DNA from: Luminiphilus sp.
Lineage (GTDB): Bacteria > Pseudomonadota > Gammaproteobacteria > Pseudomonadales > Halieaceae
Reading direction: 5' to 3'
DNA: 58,172 nt
NCBI GenBank assembly: GCA_016778045.1
Contig: JADHQG010000001.1
Coordinates: forward strand, 1-58,172
Each line of letters starts with the position of its first letter. Positions within the stretch are counted from its first letter, which is position 1. Both the position numbers and the translations under genes were made by a program. Positions 47,341 through 56,927 of the stretch are shown in pieces. A model generated the notes under the pieces. That model worked only from the letters and a program-made list of their open reading frames with translations. It did no database searches and had not been told where the DNA came from.

Positions 47341-48371
47341 CAGGTAATGTTTCCCCGCAAAATGGTCAACAGCGCCTGTTGTTCGCGGCGCTCTATCGCC
47401 TCGCCATCTATGCCCCGCAACGTGATCAACATCACCGCATCATTGGCAGGTTCCAAGTGGATCTGATAACGATGCCCCGCGAGCGGGTGCTCGTCCTCCC
47501 CACCCCAGAGCCAGTCGAACCAACCGCTGTCCTCCTCCGCCTGAGGTCCGACGAACGTCGCATAGAGAATACCCTCGCTGCGGTTTCGGTCATCAATCGC
47601 AAAGTCAGCTTGCTCAGCACCTTTGACCAAAGAGGCCCAGGCGCGATCGAAAGGCAGTTCCAGTCTGATACGGGTTTCCTGTTCGGTATCCTCGATCGTG
47701 ATGCGCCCCGAATCACTCATCGAGCGATCAGCCATCATCGATATCGGCACCGACTCAGCGCTGTTGGCCAAGTATTGTGATACGTCCTGCAACATTTTTT
47801 GCTCTAAATCACGATCGTCAGACTCGACCGGCCAGTCCACTTCCTCTGCACTGCGGCTTTGCTGCAAAACATGCAGCTCAGCCGTGTTGCGCTGTACGCC
47901 GGTATCAACGCGAAAACGAAAGCGCGTCGCCAACTCTCGATCTTCTAGCTTGAACCATTGCGTATCGATCAGCCCCGCTTCAGCATCCACCGCCGCCACT
48001 CCAATGCCGCTGGTGGTCAGGAATCCCCGAACTTGTGGCCATAACTGACCGGGTGCAACGCTCACCAGCGCCCAGCGCTCGTCAGATAAGGTTTGTATGC
48101 GCACGGCATCAGCCTGATTATTGGCCGTCAGCGGAGTAGGTCGTGGCGTCTCAAACTGGGTCGCCAACTGCGCACTTGCGGCGACTGGCGGCACGGGGTA
48201 ATCAGGCTGTATCGCGTCAGTAGAGAGGTGGGGTGGCACGTCAATTGGCGCCAGCTCGGGCGCACTTTGATATCGGCCAGCGTTGTCGGGGAATAAACCA
48301 TCCTCACCGAACAGCCAGCTGCAGCCAGTGAGTGAGGCAAAGATGGCCGTATACAAAACCCCTCGAATCAC
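47340..48371 (-). CDS. bamC: BAM lipoprotein BamC
   Basis: GTG start overlaps the dapA stop; lipobox LTGC; dapA-bamC synteny. Confidence 0.88.
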   Translation of the reverse strand: MIRGVLYTAIFASLTGCSWLFGEDGLFPDNAGRYQSAPELAPIDVPPHLSTDAIQPDYPVPPVAASAQLATQFETPRPTPLTANNQADAVRIQTLSDERWALVSVAPGQLWPQVRGFLTTSGIGVAAVDAEAGLIDTQWFKLEDRELATRFRFRVDTGVQRNTAELHVLQQSRSAEEVDWPVESDDRDLEQKMLQDVSQYLANSAESVPISMMADRSMSDSGRITIEDTEQETRIRLELPFDRAWASLVKGAEQADFAIDDRNRSEGILYATFVGPQAEEDSGWFDWLWGGEDEHPLAGHRYQIHLEPANDAVMLITLRGIDGEAIERREQQALLTILRGNIT

Positions 48372-49240
48372 GCGAAATAAGCCTCCATTGCCTGGTGTAG
48401 CGGTGCCCGGCAGCCCTCTGATAGTGGCGTCAGTGGCAACCGAATGCCGGCTTCGATCATGCCTCGCTGCGTCATGGCCCACTTTACCGGAATCGGATTT
48501 GATTCGCTGAACAACAATCCGTTGAGATCGCTTAATCGGGCGTCGATTTCAGCCGCCGCCTCCCACTCTTCTGCCAGCGCCAAATTACACATCGCTGCCA
48601 TATCAGCCGCCGCGATATTCGCGGTAACCGAAACATTGCCCTTGCCGCCGCGGCGCATCAGTTCCAGCGCCGTGGCATCGTCGCCGGAGAACACTGCAAA
48701 ACCATCAGGTACCGCGCTGATCAGATCGGCGCCTCGATTCACGTCGCCCGTCGCATCCTTGATGCCCACAATATTCTCGATCTGACTCAGTCTGACGACT
48801 GTCTCATTCAGCAGGTCACACCCGGTCCGCCCGGGCACGTTGTAAAGCAAAATCGGCAGATTGACCGCACGTGCCACCGACTGGAAGTGTTCGAACAGCC
48901 CTTGCTGAGTCGGCTTGTTGTAGTAAGGCGTGACCGAGAGCGAATAATCAGCGCCCGCCTCGGCAGCGGCCACCGTCAATTCAATCGCTTCGTGAGTCGA
49001 GTTACCCCCGGTACCCGCTATCACGGGTATCCTGCCGCCCGCCTGCTCCACGGCAAAGCGAATCACTTCGCAGTGCTCAGGCACCGTAAGTGTCGGGCTC
49101 TCGCCGGTCGTACCCACTACACCCAGTCCCGCGGTACCCGACTCAATGTGGTACTCGATTAAACGCGCCAGTGCGGGCCAATCAATAGCACCGTCTGGAT
49201 GCATGGGCGTTACCAACGCAACAATACTTCCGGTTATCAT
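48368..49240 (-). CDS. dapA: 4-hydroxy-tetrahydrodipicolinate synthase
   Basis: GTTGES, PYYNKP, YNVPGRT, GIKDATG. Confidence 0.98.
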   Translation of the reverse strand: MITGSIVALVTPMHPDGAIDWPALARLIEYHIESGTAGLGVVGTTGESPTLTVPEHCEVIRFAVEQAGGRIPVIAGTGGNSTHEAIELTVAAAEAGADYSLSVTPYYNKPTQQGLFEHFQSVARAVNLPILLYNVPGRTGCDLLNETVVRLSQIENIVGIKDATGDVNRGADLISAVPDGFAVFSGDDATALELMRRGGKGNVSVTANIAAADMAAMCNLALAEEWEAAAEIDARLSDLNGLLFSESNPIPVKWAMTQRGMIEAGIRLPLTPLSEGCRAPLHQAMEAYFA

Positions 49241-49284
49241 CGATTTACTCCGGGAGGAGCCTTATAGGGCGGGGACAGGGCGAC

Positions 49285-49863
49285 ATGGTGCCGCAATTAT
49301 CCACTTCAGAAGAACTTTCACAACCGCTTAGGTCTCGCTTTTTACGAGGGTTTTTGGCGAAGCTTGGCGCCAGCTGGATCATCGGTGCTTTATTGGTCTA
49401 TGCGCCGCTATCTGTCGCGCAAACACCGGATTTCGATGTAGTCATCGAGCCACTGACCGCAATTGACCGCCAATTCATGGACGATCAACGCCAGCGTGTG
49501 GAGCAGCTGGCCAATCGACTCGGCAGAGGCTTAACCGCGAACGTTGACCGTGACCTGGACACGCTGCAGAGAATTTTGGACGATCGCATGGTGCCGGCCG
49601 ACGATAGGTTGACGCTACAAGCGATGGGCCTGGTATTCGGAGACCTGCTGGGTCAGCAACTCGACATGGATTGGGTGGTTTATCGCGATCGAAAAGGACG
49701 CTCTAGAGCGCTGCGCTACAGAGAAATGGATATTTTTCTTTTCCCCGTGACGATGATCTCCCGACGGCAGGAGGGCGGTAGCGATCGCCGCCTAAAACAG
49801 CTGTTTGAGGAGCTTGTCGACGACACCCGACGGCAACTACCCGGCGGCAAATGGTTTCAGTGA
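49285..49863 (+). CDS. DUF3806-like exported protein (start uncertain)
   Basis: Hydrophobic leader; LQAMGLVFGDLL...W...D..GRSRALRY...FPVTMISRR. Confidence 0.7.
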   Translation: MVPQLSTSEELSQPLRSRFLRGFLAKLGASWIIGALLVYAPLSVAQTPDFDVVIEPLTAIDRQFMDDQRQRVEQLANRLGRGLTANVDRDLDTLQRILDDRMVPADDRLTLQAMGLVFGDLLGQQLDMDWVVYRDRKGRSRALRYREMDIFLFPVTMISRRQEGGSDRRLKQLFEELVDDTRRQLPGGKWFQ

Positions 49864-49895
49864 TTACGGCTCGAGATCACGACGCTGTCAGGCGT

Positions 49896-50579
49896 TCATC
49901 CAGCGACGTGATAACGAAATATGCCCCGCTGGCCGGTGGTACGGTGCACCGGGCCCTGATCGCCAAGATTTCCTGATTCGTACGCCACATCGCCCTCGTA
50001 CAGAAAGACCATGCGGTCGTCCTCACGCACCACATTTGGGAAGAACCGTTGCACCGACCGGTGTTGCATGGCGGCACTGAGTGACGCGACATCGACGTTG
50101 TCTTCGATAACGTGAAGCGATACGAGCGTCGGGGGCGTCATTGGTAAGTTGCCTGCATGATGCAGGGCAACTGCCGATGACGGAGACAGCCACCGGTGCT
50201 CGACAATTTCACTACCGTCCACCTGCACAAGCTGATCGCCCGCCACGTCACCGAGAAAAAACCAGGTCGCAAACCGCCGGCTAACCACCACCGGCGTTAA
50301 CCAGTGAGAGAAGGGTTGCAGCACCTCGGGGTCGAGGGCAATGCCGGACTCTTCCTGCAGCTCACGCGCCGCGGCATACCGAGCCTGCTCGAGCTCACCC
50401 ACGCCGGGGTCGGTTGCTTCGACCTTGCCACCCGGAAACACCCATAGGCCCGGCATGTGCTTCAGCGCATCGCTGCGCTTAAGCAGCAGCACCTGCAACC
50501 CGGCCGCGCTGTCCCTAACCACGATCGCCGTAGCGGCGGGTCGCGCCTCACTCACCTCGTCAGAGAAATCCAAGACCAT
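49896..50579 (-). CDS. Nudix hydrolase (NUDT19-like)
   Basis: RPAATAIVVRD, VFPGGKVE, RELQEESGI, HWLTP, RRFATWFF. Confidence 0.88.
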   Translation of the reverse strand: MVLDFSDEVSEARPAATAIVVRDSAAGLQVLLLKRSDALKHMPGLWVFPGGKVEATDPGVGELEQARYAAARELQEESGIALDPEVLQPFSHWLTPVVVSRRFATWFFLGDVAGDQLVQVDGSEIVEHRWLSPSSAVALHHAGNLPMTPPTLVSLHVIEDNVDVASLSAAMQHRSVQRFFPNVVREDDRMVFLYEGDVAYESGNLGDQGPVHRTTGQRGIFRYHVAG

Positions 50580-50580
50580 C

Positions 50581-52407
50581 TCAGAGCATGGGCGCACAGG
50601 GTAGGCACTGCGCGTAGACGTGCATGGGGTCTCGCAGGCTCGATAACCCTTTGACCATGGGCCGGAAGCTGGCAATTAACTGCTCCAACCAACCGCCCTG
50701 AGGCTGTGACGCGACGCCAAAGGAGCGACTGAGCTCCTGAAGCAACACGCTCTCAAACGACGGGGGTACCCGAGTCCGTCCCGTTCGCCACTCCTCGACA
50801 CCCGCCAAAGCCGCCGCTGAAGCAACCGCTGCTTGTAAGCCCCCGAGCTGGTCCACAAGGCCAATTTCAGCCGCGTCGGCGCCCGTCCAGACGATCCCTT
50901 CAGCAATTTTCCTGACCTCGGCATCAGTCATGCCACGACCGTTGGCCACAAGCTCAATGAAGTCATCGTAAGCGCCATAAGATAAGGCCTGCACAATGCT
51001 CGCCATCTCGGGGCTCAGACCGCGGTTAAAGCTCGCCGCACCCGCCAGCGGACTGGTGCCCACGCCGTCCACGGAGACCCCGATGTACTCGACAATGCCC
51101 TCAATAGTCGGGAAGGCAGAAAACGCACCGATACTGCCAGTCAAGGTCGTCGGCAGTGCCCAAATCTCATCTGCCTCGGCGGCAATCCAGTAACCACCCG
51201 AGGCGGCCACCGTTCCCATGGAAACCACTACCGGTATCTCTTTTTCACGCACTTCGGCGAGCTTGCGGCGAATCAGATCAGAGGCAAATACGCTGCCGCC
51301 CGGCGAGTTGACCCGCAGCACCACCGCCGCTAAATCATCTGCCTCCAAGGCCGTGTCAATGTAACCAGCGATCGTATCGCTACCCGCCATACCCTCTTCA
51401 CTCTGCCCGGGAACAAGCGTGCCTTCTACCGGGACGATGGCAATCAGCGGCAATCCCTCCTGGCGAGTCGTCAAATCAGCTTTTACGTCGTCAACGTATC
51501 GACTCAGTCCGATCAGCTCGGCGTTCCCCTCCTCGTCCGTGGCGCCGACCCATTCCGCCAGCGCGGTCTTCATCTGCTCATGATCGGCGAGCGCATCCAC
51601 CCAACCGGCAGCCATCATGGTCTCTGCAAGATCGTTGTCTGCGTCAGCGAGGCGCTGGGGAAAAGCCGCAATAAAGCGATCCATTTCACCCTCGGGCTGT
51701 TGCCGCCCCGTCTCGGCCAGCTCGGTATACGCTGACCACAGCCCCCCCAACCAGCGCGTGACAATTGCGCGCTCGTTGTCAGACATGTCGTCACGCAGGT
51801 AAGGCTCCACCGCCGACTTACTCTCCCCGGCGCGGAACACGTGCATGGTCACACGAATTTTCTCAAGGAAAGTACGGAGGTAAGAGCGGTAAACCGAGAA
51901 ACCCTCCAAAAACATGCCGCCTTCCGGATGCAAAAGAATGTGATCTGCCTGGGAGGCCAGCAAGTAATGCGCTTGAGAATAAAAATCACCCATCGCAATA
52001 ACGGGCTTACCGCTGGACTTGAACGCCTGAATCGCCTCGCTGATCTCAATGGTCTGACTCGTCGAGGGGCCTGCGAGATTCTCAAGCTCCAACACCAGTG
52101 CCGTAATCCGCTCGTCTTCAGTTGCCCAGCCTATAGCCCGCACCAGATCATTGAGCAGAAGCGGCTCATCATAATTCTGGTTCAAAAACGCTGACACTGG
52201 GTCGACCGGTGGCGCGTCCTCTACAAGAGGTCCCGCTGGCGCAATCAGCAACGCCGCTTGATCCGGCAGTGGCTCGGGCTGCGACTCACTGAGCCCGGCG
52301 CTGAAGGCGATCACAAAAATGGCAACGAACACCAGTGGCACCATCACCGTAATCACGCGACTAATCCCACTCAGAACGCGCCAAATACCTCTCAACAATT
52401 TCATCAT
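50581..52407 (-). CDS. sppA: Signal peptide peptidase SppA, 67K type
   Basis: KSAVEPY, RVNSPGGS, AASGGYW, TGSIG. Confidence 0.96.
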   Translation of the reverse strand: MMKLLRGIWRVLSGISRVITVMVPLVFVAIFVIAFSAGLSESQPEPLPDQAALLIAPAGPLVEDAPPVDPVSAFLNQNYDEPLLLNDLVRAIGWATEDERITALVLELENLAGPSTSQTIEISEAIQAFKSSGKPVIAMGDFYSQAHYLLASQADHILLHPEGGMFLEGFSVYRSYLRTFLEKIRVTMHVFRAGESKSAVEPYLRDDMSDNERAIVTRWLGGLWSAYTELAETGRQQPEGEMDRFIAAFPQRLADADNDLAETMMAAGWVDALADHEQMKTALAEWVGATDEEGNAELIGLSRYVDDVKADLTTRQEGLPLIAIVPVEGTLVPGQSEEGMAGSDTIAGYIDTALEADDLAAVVLRVNSPGGSVFASDLIRRKLAEVREKEIPVVVSMGTVAASGGYWIAAEADEIWALPTTLTGSIGAFSAFPTIEGIVEYIGVSVDGVGTSPLAGAASFNRGLSPEMASIVQALSYGAYDDFIELVANGRGMTDAEVRKIAEGIVWTGADAAEIGLVDQLGGLQAAVASAAALAGVEEWRTGRTRVPPSFESVLLQELSRSFGVASQPQGGWLEQLIASFRPMVKGLSSLRDPMHVYAQCLPCAPML

Positions 52408-52539
52408 GATGCTTGCTATTCCCTGGTGGCCATTGATGCCGCAGTCGATGTGACGTTGCGTGTGTTGTTGTTTGCGGCGTCAGCGCTGATCCGGCCGATG
52501 CGGTGACACCTAAGCCGCCGTGACGGCCATGCTTTGGGT

Positions 52540-52908
52540 TCAACTCTCCTGACGGAGCTCCCGCCCACGATAACGGATGTAGACCAAACAAAATGTAAAT
52601 TGCAGGACAATCAGCGCCAACCCCGCTATCGACAGCCAATCGGCTTGGTAGGCGAATACTGCCTCGACCGCAGAGATGAAGTAAAACAGCAGTACCAATT
52701 CGTACCAGATCAACAGCCGCAGACTGTCGCGAAAAACACACAATAAGAACAGGAACAGCGGCAGGCATCGAAGCCCCACTAATGCCAACGTGCCCGAGAA
52801 TCGCTCCACGTCGGCAGATTGTTGCATCAGTAGCACCAACCAAGTCAGCCACATCAACCACCACATCGACTGAGTCAGACCACCGCGATTCAACGCTTGC
52901 GTCGCCAT
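52540..52908 (-). CDS. DUF2069 family membrane protein
   Basis: Four TM segments, LFYF motif, downstream of wrbA. Confidence 0.75.
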   Translation of the reverse strand: MATQALNRGGLTQSMWWLMWLTWLVLLMQQSADVERFSGTLALVGLRCLPLFLFLLCVFRDSLRLLIWYELVLLFYFISAVEAVFAYQADWLSIAGLALIVLQFTFCLVYIRYRGRELRQES

Positions 52909-52909
52909 G

Positions 52910-53548
<639 letters not shown>

Positions 53549-53595
53549 TTACAGTAAGAAAACATGGAACAAGGTGCTATTTGCCCGAAAACCTC

Positions 53596-54834
53596 ATGGT
53601 AACGCATCCGTCACTGCAAAATGCGCGTCTTGGTCTGCAGTATCTCCTGAGTCGCGTCGTCCAAGACAGACTCAACGCGAGTGCCGCGGCGCTGACGTTT
53701 GTCAGCCTGTTCGCTCTGGTGCCCTTGCTCACGGTCACGCTCTCAATTGCTTCAGCCTTGCCCGCGGCCGGCGATATCGAAGGCAAATTGGATGAGTTTC
53801 TGCTGCAGTTTTTGTTGCCCGACAGCTCTATTCAAGTCGTGCAATACCTCTCTACATTCATCGGCCAGGCGCGCTCACTGACCGTTTTTGGGGTGGCGAT
53901 ACTGTTGGTCACGGCCATCCTGATGCTGCGCAACGTGGAGAAAGCCCTCAATGATATCTGGCGCAACCGGGCTAATCGCAAGCCACTTCAGAGCTTCTTG
54001 CTTTACTGGGCGGTGCTGAGTTTAGGCCCCGCGGCGATTGGTCTCGGACTGGGTGTGCGGGCCTACCTGTTTGCCGCCACCAACGACTGGGGCGGTTTAC
54101 AGCTGTTTGGTATCGGATCCGCACTCATTAGCCTTTTGCCTTTTCTGATCAGCGCAGTGGGTCTCACCTGCTTGTACGCGGTCGTCCCCAACTGTCAGGT
54201 ACCGCTGCGCCACGCGCTCATCGGAGGTGTGTCTGCCGCCATCACCTTCACCATTGCACGCGTGTTGTTTACCGCCGTCATGGCCAAATCAAGCTACACC
54301 TTGGTATATGGAGCATTTGCCGCCGTCCCCTTATTTTTGATGTGGATATACGTCACTTGGATTATCGTGCTCCTCGGCGCGGTGCTCGCTCACAGCCTGT
54401 CGGCCTACCAGACAGAGGAGCAGGCACAGACACCCACCCTGATGAAAGCACTCGACATTCTTTACTTGTTCTGGTCTGCCCAGAAAGACGGGCGCGGCAT
54501 CGCCGAGCTGGAAATTATCGGCGCCAATGATGTGCTTCCGGGAGGTATCGACGCCGACAGCTGGCGCAGTATTCGCGACGCGTTGATCAAAGCACAATTT
54601 CTCAAACGCCTGGATCGCGGTAATTACCTTCTCAGCCGCGACCTCCACCACGTTTCCCTGTCAGAACTCGCCAACCTGATGCGATCTGAACCCCCGTTTA
54701 AACAGGGCGAGCAGGCATTGCCTTGGCAAGGGGTGGCCTGCGAGATACTGAATACCAACCGCCAGCAGGAAGAGGCGCTACTCGACCTCTCGCTCGCCGC
54801 GTTATTTGCGAGCGAGTCGCGCGCGACCGCATGA
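53596..54834 (+). CDS. YihY/BrkB family inner membrane protein with C-terminal winged helix-turn-helix
   Basis: AAALTFVSLFALVP, LNDIW, VYGAFAAVPLFLMWIY. Confidence 0.93.
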   Translation: MVTHPSLQNARLGLQYLLSRVVQDRLNASAAALTFVSLFALVPLLTVTLSIASALPAAGDIEGKLDEFLLQFLLPDSSIQVVQYLSTFIGQARSLTVFGVAILLVTAILMLRNVEKALNDIWRNRANRKPLQSFLLYWAVLSLGPAAIGLGLGVRAYLFAATNDWGGLQLFGIGSALISLLPFLISAVGLTCLYAVVPNCQVPLRHALIGGVSAAITFTIARVLFTAVMAKSSYTLVYGAFAAVPLFLMWIYVTWIIVLLGAVLAHSLSAYQTEEQAQTPTLMKALDILYLFWSAQKDGRGIAELEIIGANDVLPGGIDADSWRSIRDALIKAQFLKRLDRGNYLLSRDLHHVSLSELANLMRSEPPFKQGEQALPWQGVACEILNTNRQQEEALLDLSLAALFASESRATA

Positions 54835-55238
54835 AGCGATTGCTGTGCTGTATCACTGCGCTACTCAGTCTGTGGGGCTGCGAATCAGACCCGCTGCCGG
54901 GCAATGGGCAATGGCGAATCATTAACTACTGGGCGATTTGGTGTGCACCCTGCCGCGAAGAAATTCCCGAACTGAATGAGTTAGATCGCAGCACTGAGCT
55001 AGTGGTGCTGGCCGTCAATTACGACGGCAAAACGGGTGACGAGCTGGCATCGCAGGCTGCTGAAATGGGCATCACCTTTGCGCTACTGGAGCAGGACCCT
55101 CGCGCCACACTGAGTGTAGCGCGCCCCAAAGTGCTGCCCACGACGCTGCTGGTCAGCCCTGACGGTCAGGTGACCGACACGCTTGTAGGGCCGCAAACCC
55201 GGGAGGGCTTGCTGGCACTTTGGCAAACGCGCCGCTGA
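54831..55238 (+). CDS. TlpA-family thiol:disulfide oxidoreductase (lipoprotein)
   Basis: Lipobox LWGC, NYWAIWCAPCREEIP, LPTT. Confidence 0.93.
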   Translation: MKRLLCCITALLSLWGCESDPLPGNGQWRIINYWAIWCAPCREEIPELNELDRSTELVVLAVNYDGKTGDELASQAAEMGITFALLEQDPRATLSVARPKVLPTTLLVSPDGQVTDTLVGPQTREGLLALWQTRR

Positions 55239-55387
55239 CGCTCGCAGCTTTTCACTGTGACCATCCTTAGCGACCGCACGCGGCTCTTAGAGACGATTCG
55301 CGTGATAGTCCCGGGATTGGATTGGCTCCACCTGCGGCGCTCAGACGCACCAACAATCTAAAAACACCCATCCAACAACGCCTACCC

Positions 55388-55416
55388 AAAAAAAAGCCGG
55401 CTGATAGTCAGCCGGC
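55388..55416 (-). terminator. Rho-independent terminator
   Basis: Perfect 9-bp stem GCCGGCUGA-CUA-UCAGCCGGC followed by U8. Confidence 0.92.
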
Positions 55417-55519
55417 AATGAAGGAGCCACTCAAAACGGGGAGAGTCACAAGCATTGGACTCTCGCTGCTCAGATGTTTCCCTTGCAGTGTCCCCGTAGA
55501 CACCACCATCTCAACAACT
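55388..55519 (-). ncRNA. Candidate sigmaE-dependent, Hfq-type small RNA (~132 nt)
   Basis: Promoter, two stem-loops, single-stranded CUCCUU region and terminator (see findings). Confidence 0.65.
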
Positions 55520-55524
55520 GTCTC

Positions 55525-55552
55525 TATGACACACGCCAAACGGGAAAGTTCC
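55525..55552 (-). promoter_or_regulatory. SigmaE (RpoE/AlgU)-type promoter GGAACTT-N15-GTCATA
   Basis: -35 at 55552-55546 and -10 at 55530-55525; matches the GAACTT-N16-TCnnA consensus. Confidence 0.7.
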
Positions 55553-55570
55553 CGGACTGGAAAAACTTTT

Positions 55571-56053
55571 TTAGGAGGCCTGCCAACAAGCGGAGGCTTT
55601 CTGCCCGTCGCCAGAGGTCACAAATAGCTCGAGCTCTACCAGGTCGCCAATAGCAGCCTCTTCCAGCGTGCGCTCAAGTAGATAGTGGGCCAGTGCCTCG
55701 ACAGTGACATTGACGATGGGTAGCAGCAGCGTCTCGTCCACTGGGAACCGCAAGGTTTTGCCGGAGAAAGTGGCGAAATATTCGCCCTCGCGCTCCTCGA
55801 CGGTTAGCCACGGCGATAAGCCGGGTAACAACATATATTCGTCGTGGGCGTCACACAGCTTCTGCAGATACCGTTTGTAGACATTGTAGTCAGCGGAAAA
55901 GCCGTTTTCTCCCATTTCCGCAACGATGCGGGCGGAAACCCCATAATTATGCCCGTGTAAGCGCTCGCGCTCGGTCTCTGAAAAGATCGTGAAGTGAGCC
56001 GCAGAGAACTTGTGCGCTTGCTTGTCGATATGAAGGGTAGCGAGTTGGGCCAT
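55571..56053 (-). CDS. 6-pyruvoyl-tetrahydropterin synthase family, Glu-type (PTPS-III)
   Basis: FSAAHF...RERLHGHNY (E-x2-HGH, no Cys), TVEALA. Start at ATG 56053. Confidence 0.88.
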   Translation of the reverse strand: MAQLATLHIDKQAHKFSAAHFTIFSETERERLHGHNYGVSARIVAEMGENGFSADYNVYKRYLQKLCDAHDEYMLLPGLSPWLTVEEREGEYFATFSGKTLRFPVDETLLLPIVNVTVEALAHYLLERTLEEAAIGDLVELELFVTSGDGQKASACWQAS

Positions 56054-56212
56054 GGGCAACGTCTGAAATGCCAGACTGACATGGTCTGTGATGAAGCGGC
56101 GATCGGCAAGCACTTTAATCGCTGCTCGATAGCGCATCTCTATCGCAATGCCGTGACCCCGGTGCGCGGCTGGAGTACCCTGTCGGCCCTCGATAGAAGC
56201 TTGGACCACATT

Positions 56213-56923
56213 ATGGACGCCATCGCGATCCTCACTGGTGCCAGTTCCGGCATTGGCGCGGCCGCTGCAGAACAATTTATGGGCAAAGGCTGCGCCGTCA
56301 TCAACATCTCAAGGCGGGATTGCCCGGTCGCCGGAGTAGAAACCCTGTCGACCGACTTATCTGACAGCGCCTCACTGACTCAGACCTGCGCAACACTTGT
56401 GGCGCGACTCACTGAGCATTCAGGCACCCCCGTCTGTCTCGTTCACAATGCCTCGCTGATGCTGAAAGACCGTTGCGACACCACTGAAGACGACGCTCTG
56501 GCGCAAGTCCTCGCCGTCAACGTGTCAGGCATCAACGCGCTCAACCGCACTCTGCTACCAATCATGCCCAGAGGCTCGAGCGTGCTGTATGTCGGTTCGA
56601 CCTTGTCTGAAAAAGCGGTCGCCGGCGCATACAGCTACATTGTCAGCAAGCATGCCCAGCTGGGCATGATGAGAGCAACCTGTCAGGACCTCATGGGCCG
56701 CGGTATTCATACCGCGCTGATCTGTCCGGGATTCACCGATACGACCATGCTGCGGCAGCATGTCGGTCAGGATGAATCAGTACTGGCAAGCCTTGGCGCC
56801 ATGAACAGCTTTGGTCGACTGGTCTCTCCGGACGAGATCGCCGACATGATTGTCTGGGCACACGAACACCCCGTCATCAACGGCTCGGTGCTGCATGGCA
56901 ATCTGGGTCAAGTAGAGCATTGA
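56213..56923 (+). CDS. SDR family oxidoreductase
   Basis: TGASSGIG, HNAS, YIVSK (YxxxK), PGFTDT. Confidence 0.93.
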   Translation: MDAIAILTGASSGIGAAAAEQFMGKGCAVINISRRDCPVAGVETLSTDLSDSASLTQTCATLVARLTEHSGTPVCLVHNASLMLKDRCDTTEDDALAQVLAVNVSGINALNRTLLPIMPRGSSVLYVGSTLSEKAVAGAYSYIVSKHAQLGMMRATCQDLMGRGIHTALICPGFTDTTMLRQHVGQDESVLASLGAMNSFGRLVSPDEIADMIVWAHEHPVINGSVLHGNLGQVEH

Positions 56924-56927
56924 GGTG

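Noticed and set aside
55388-55519. Identification of the sRNA as PrrF or RsmY/Z
   Set aside because: Only superficial likeness to PrrF and no Fur box upstream; too few looped GGA motifs for a CsrA sponge.
55322-55627. 101-aa plus-strand ORF
   Set aside because: No RBS or motifs, overlaps the PTPS gene end, and crosses a minus-strand terminator and RNA structure.
56054-56212. preQ1 riboswitch upstream of SDR-yhhQ or PTPS
   Set aside because: Short hairpins exist but no preQ1 consensus or A-rich tail was found.
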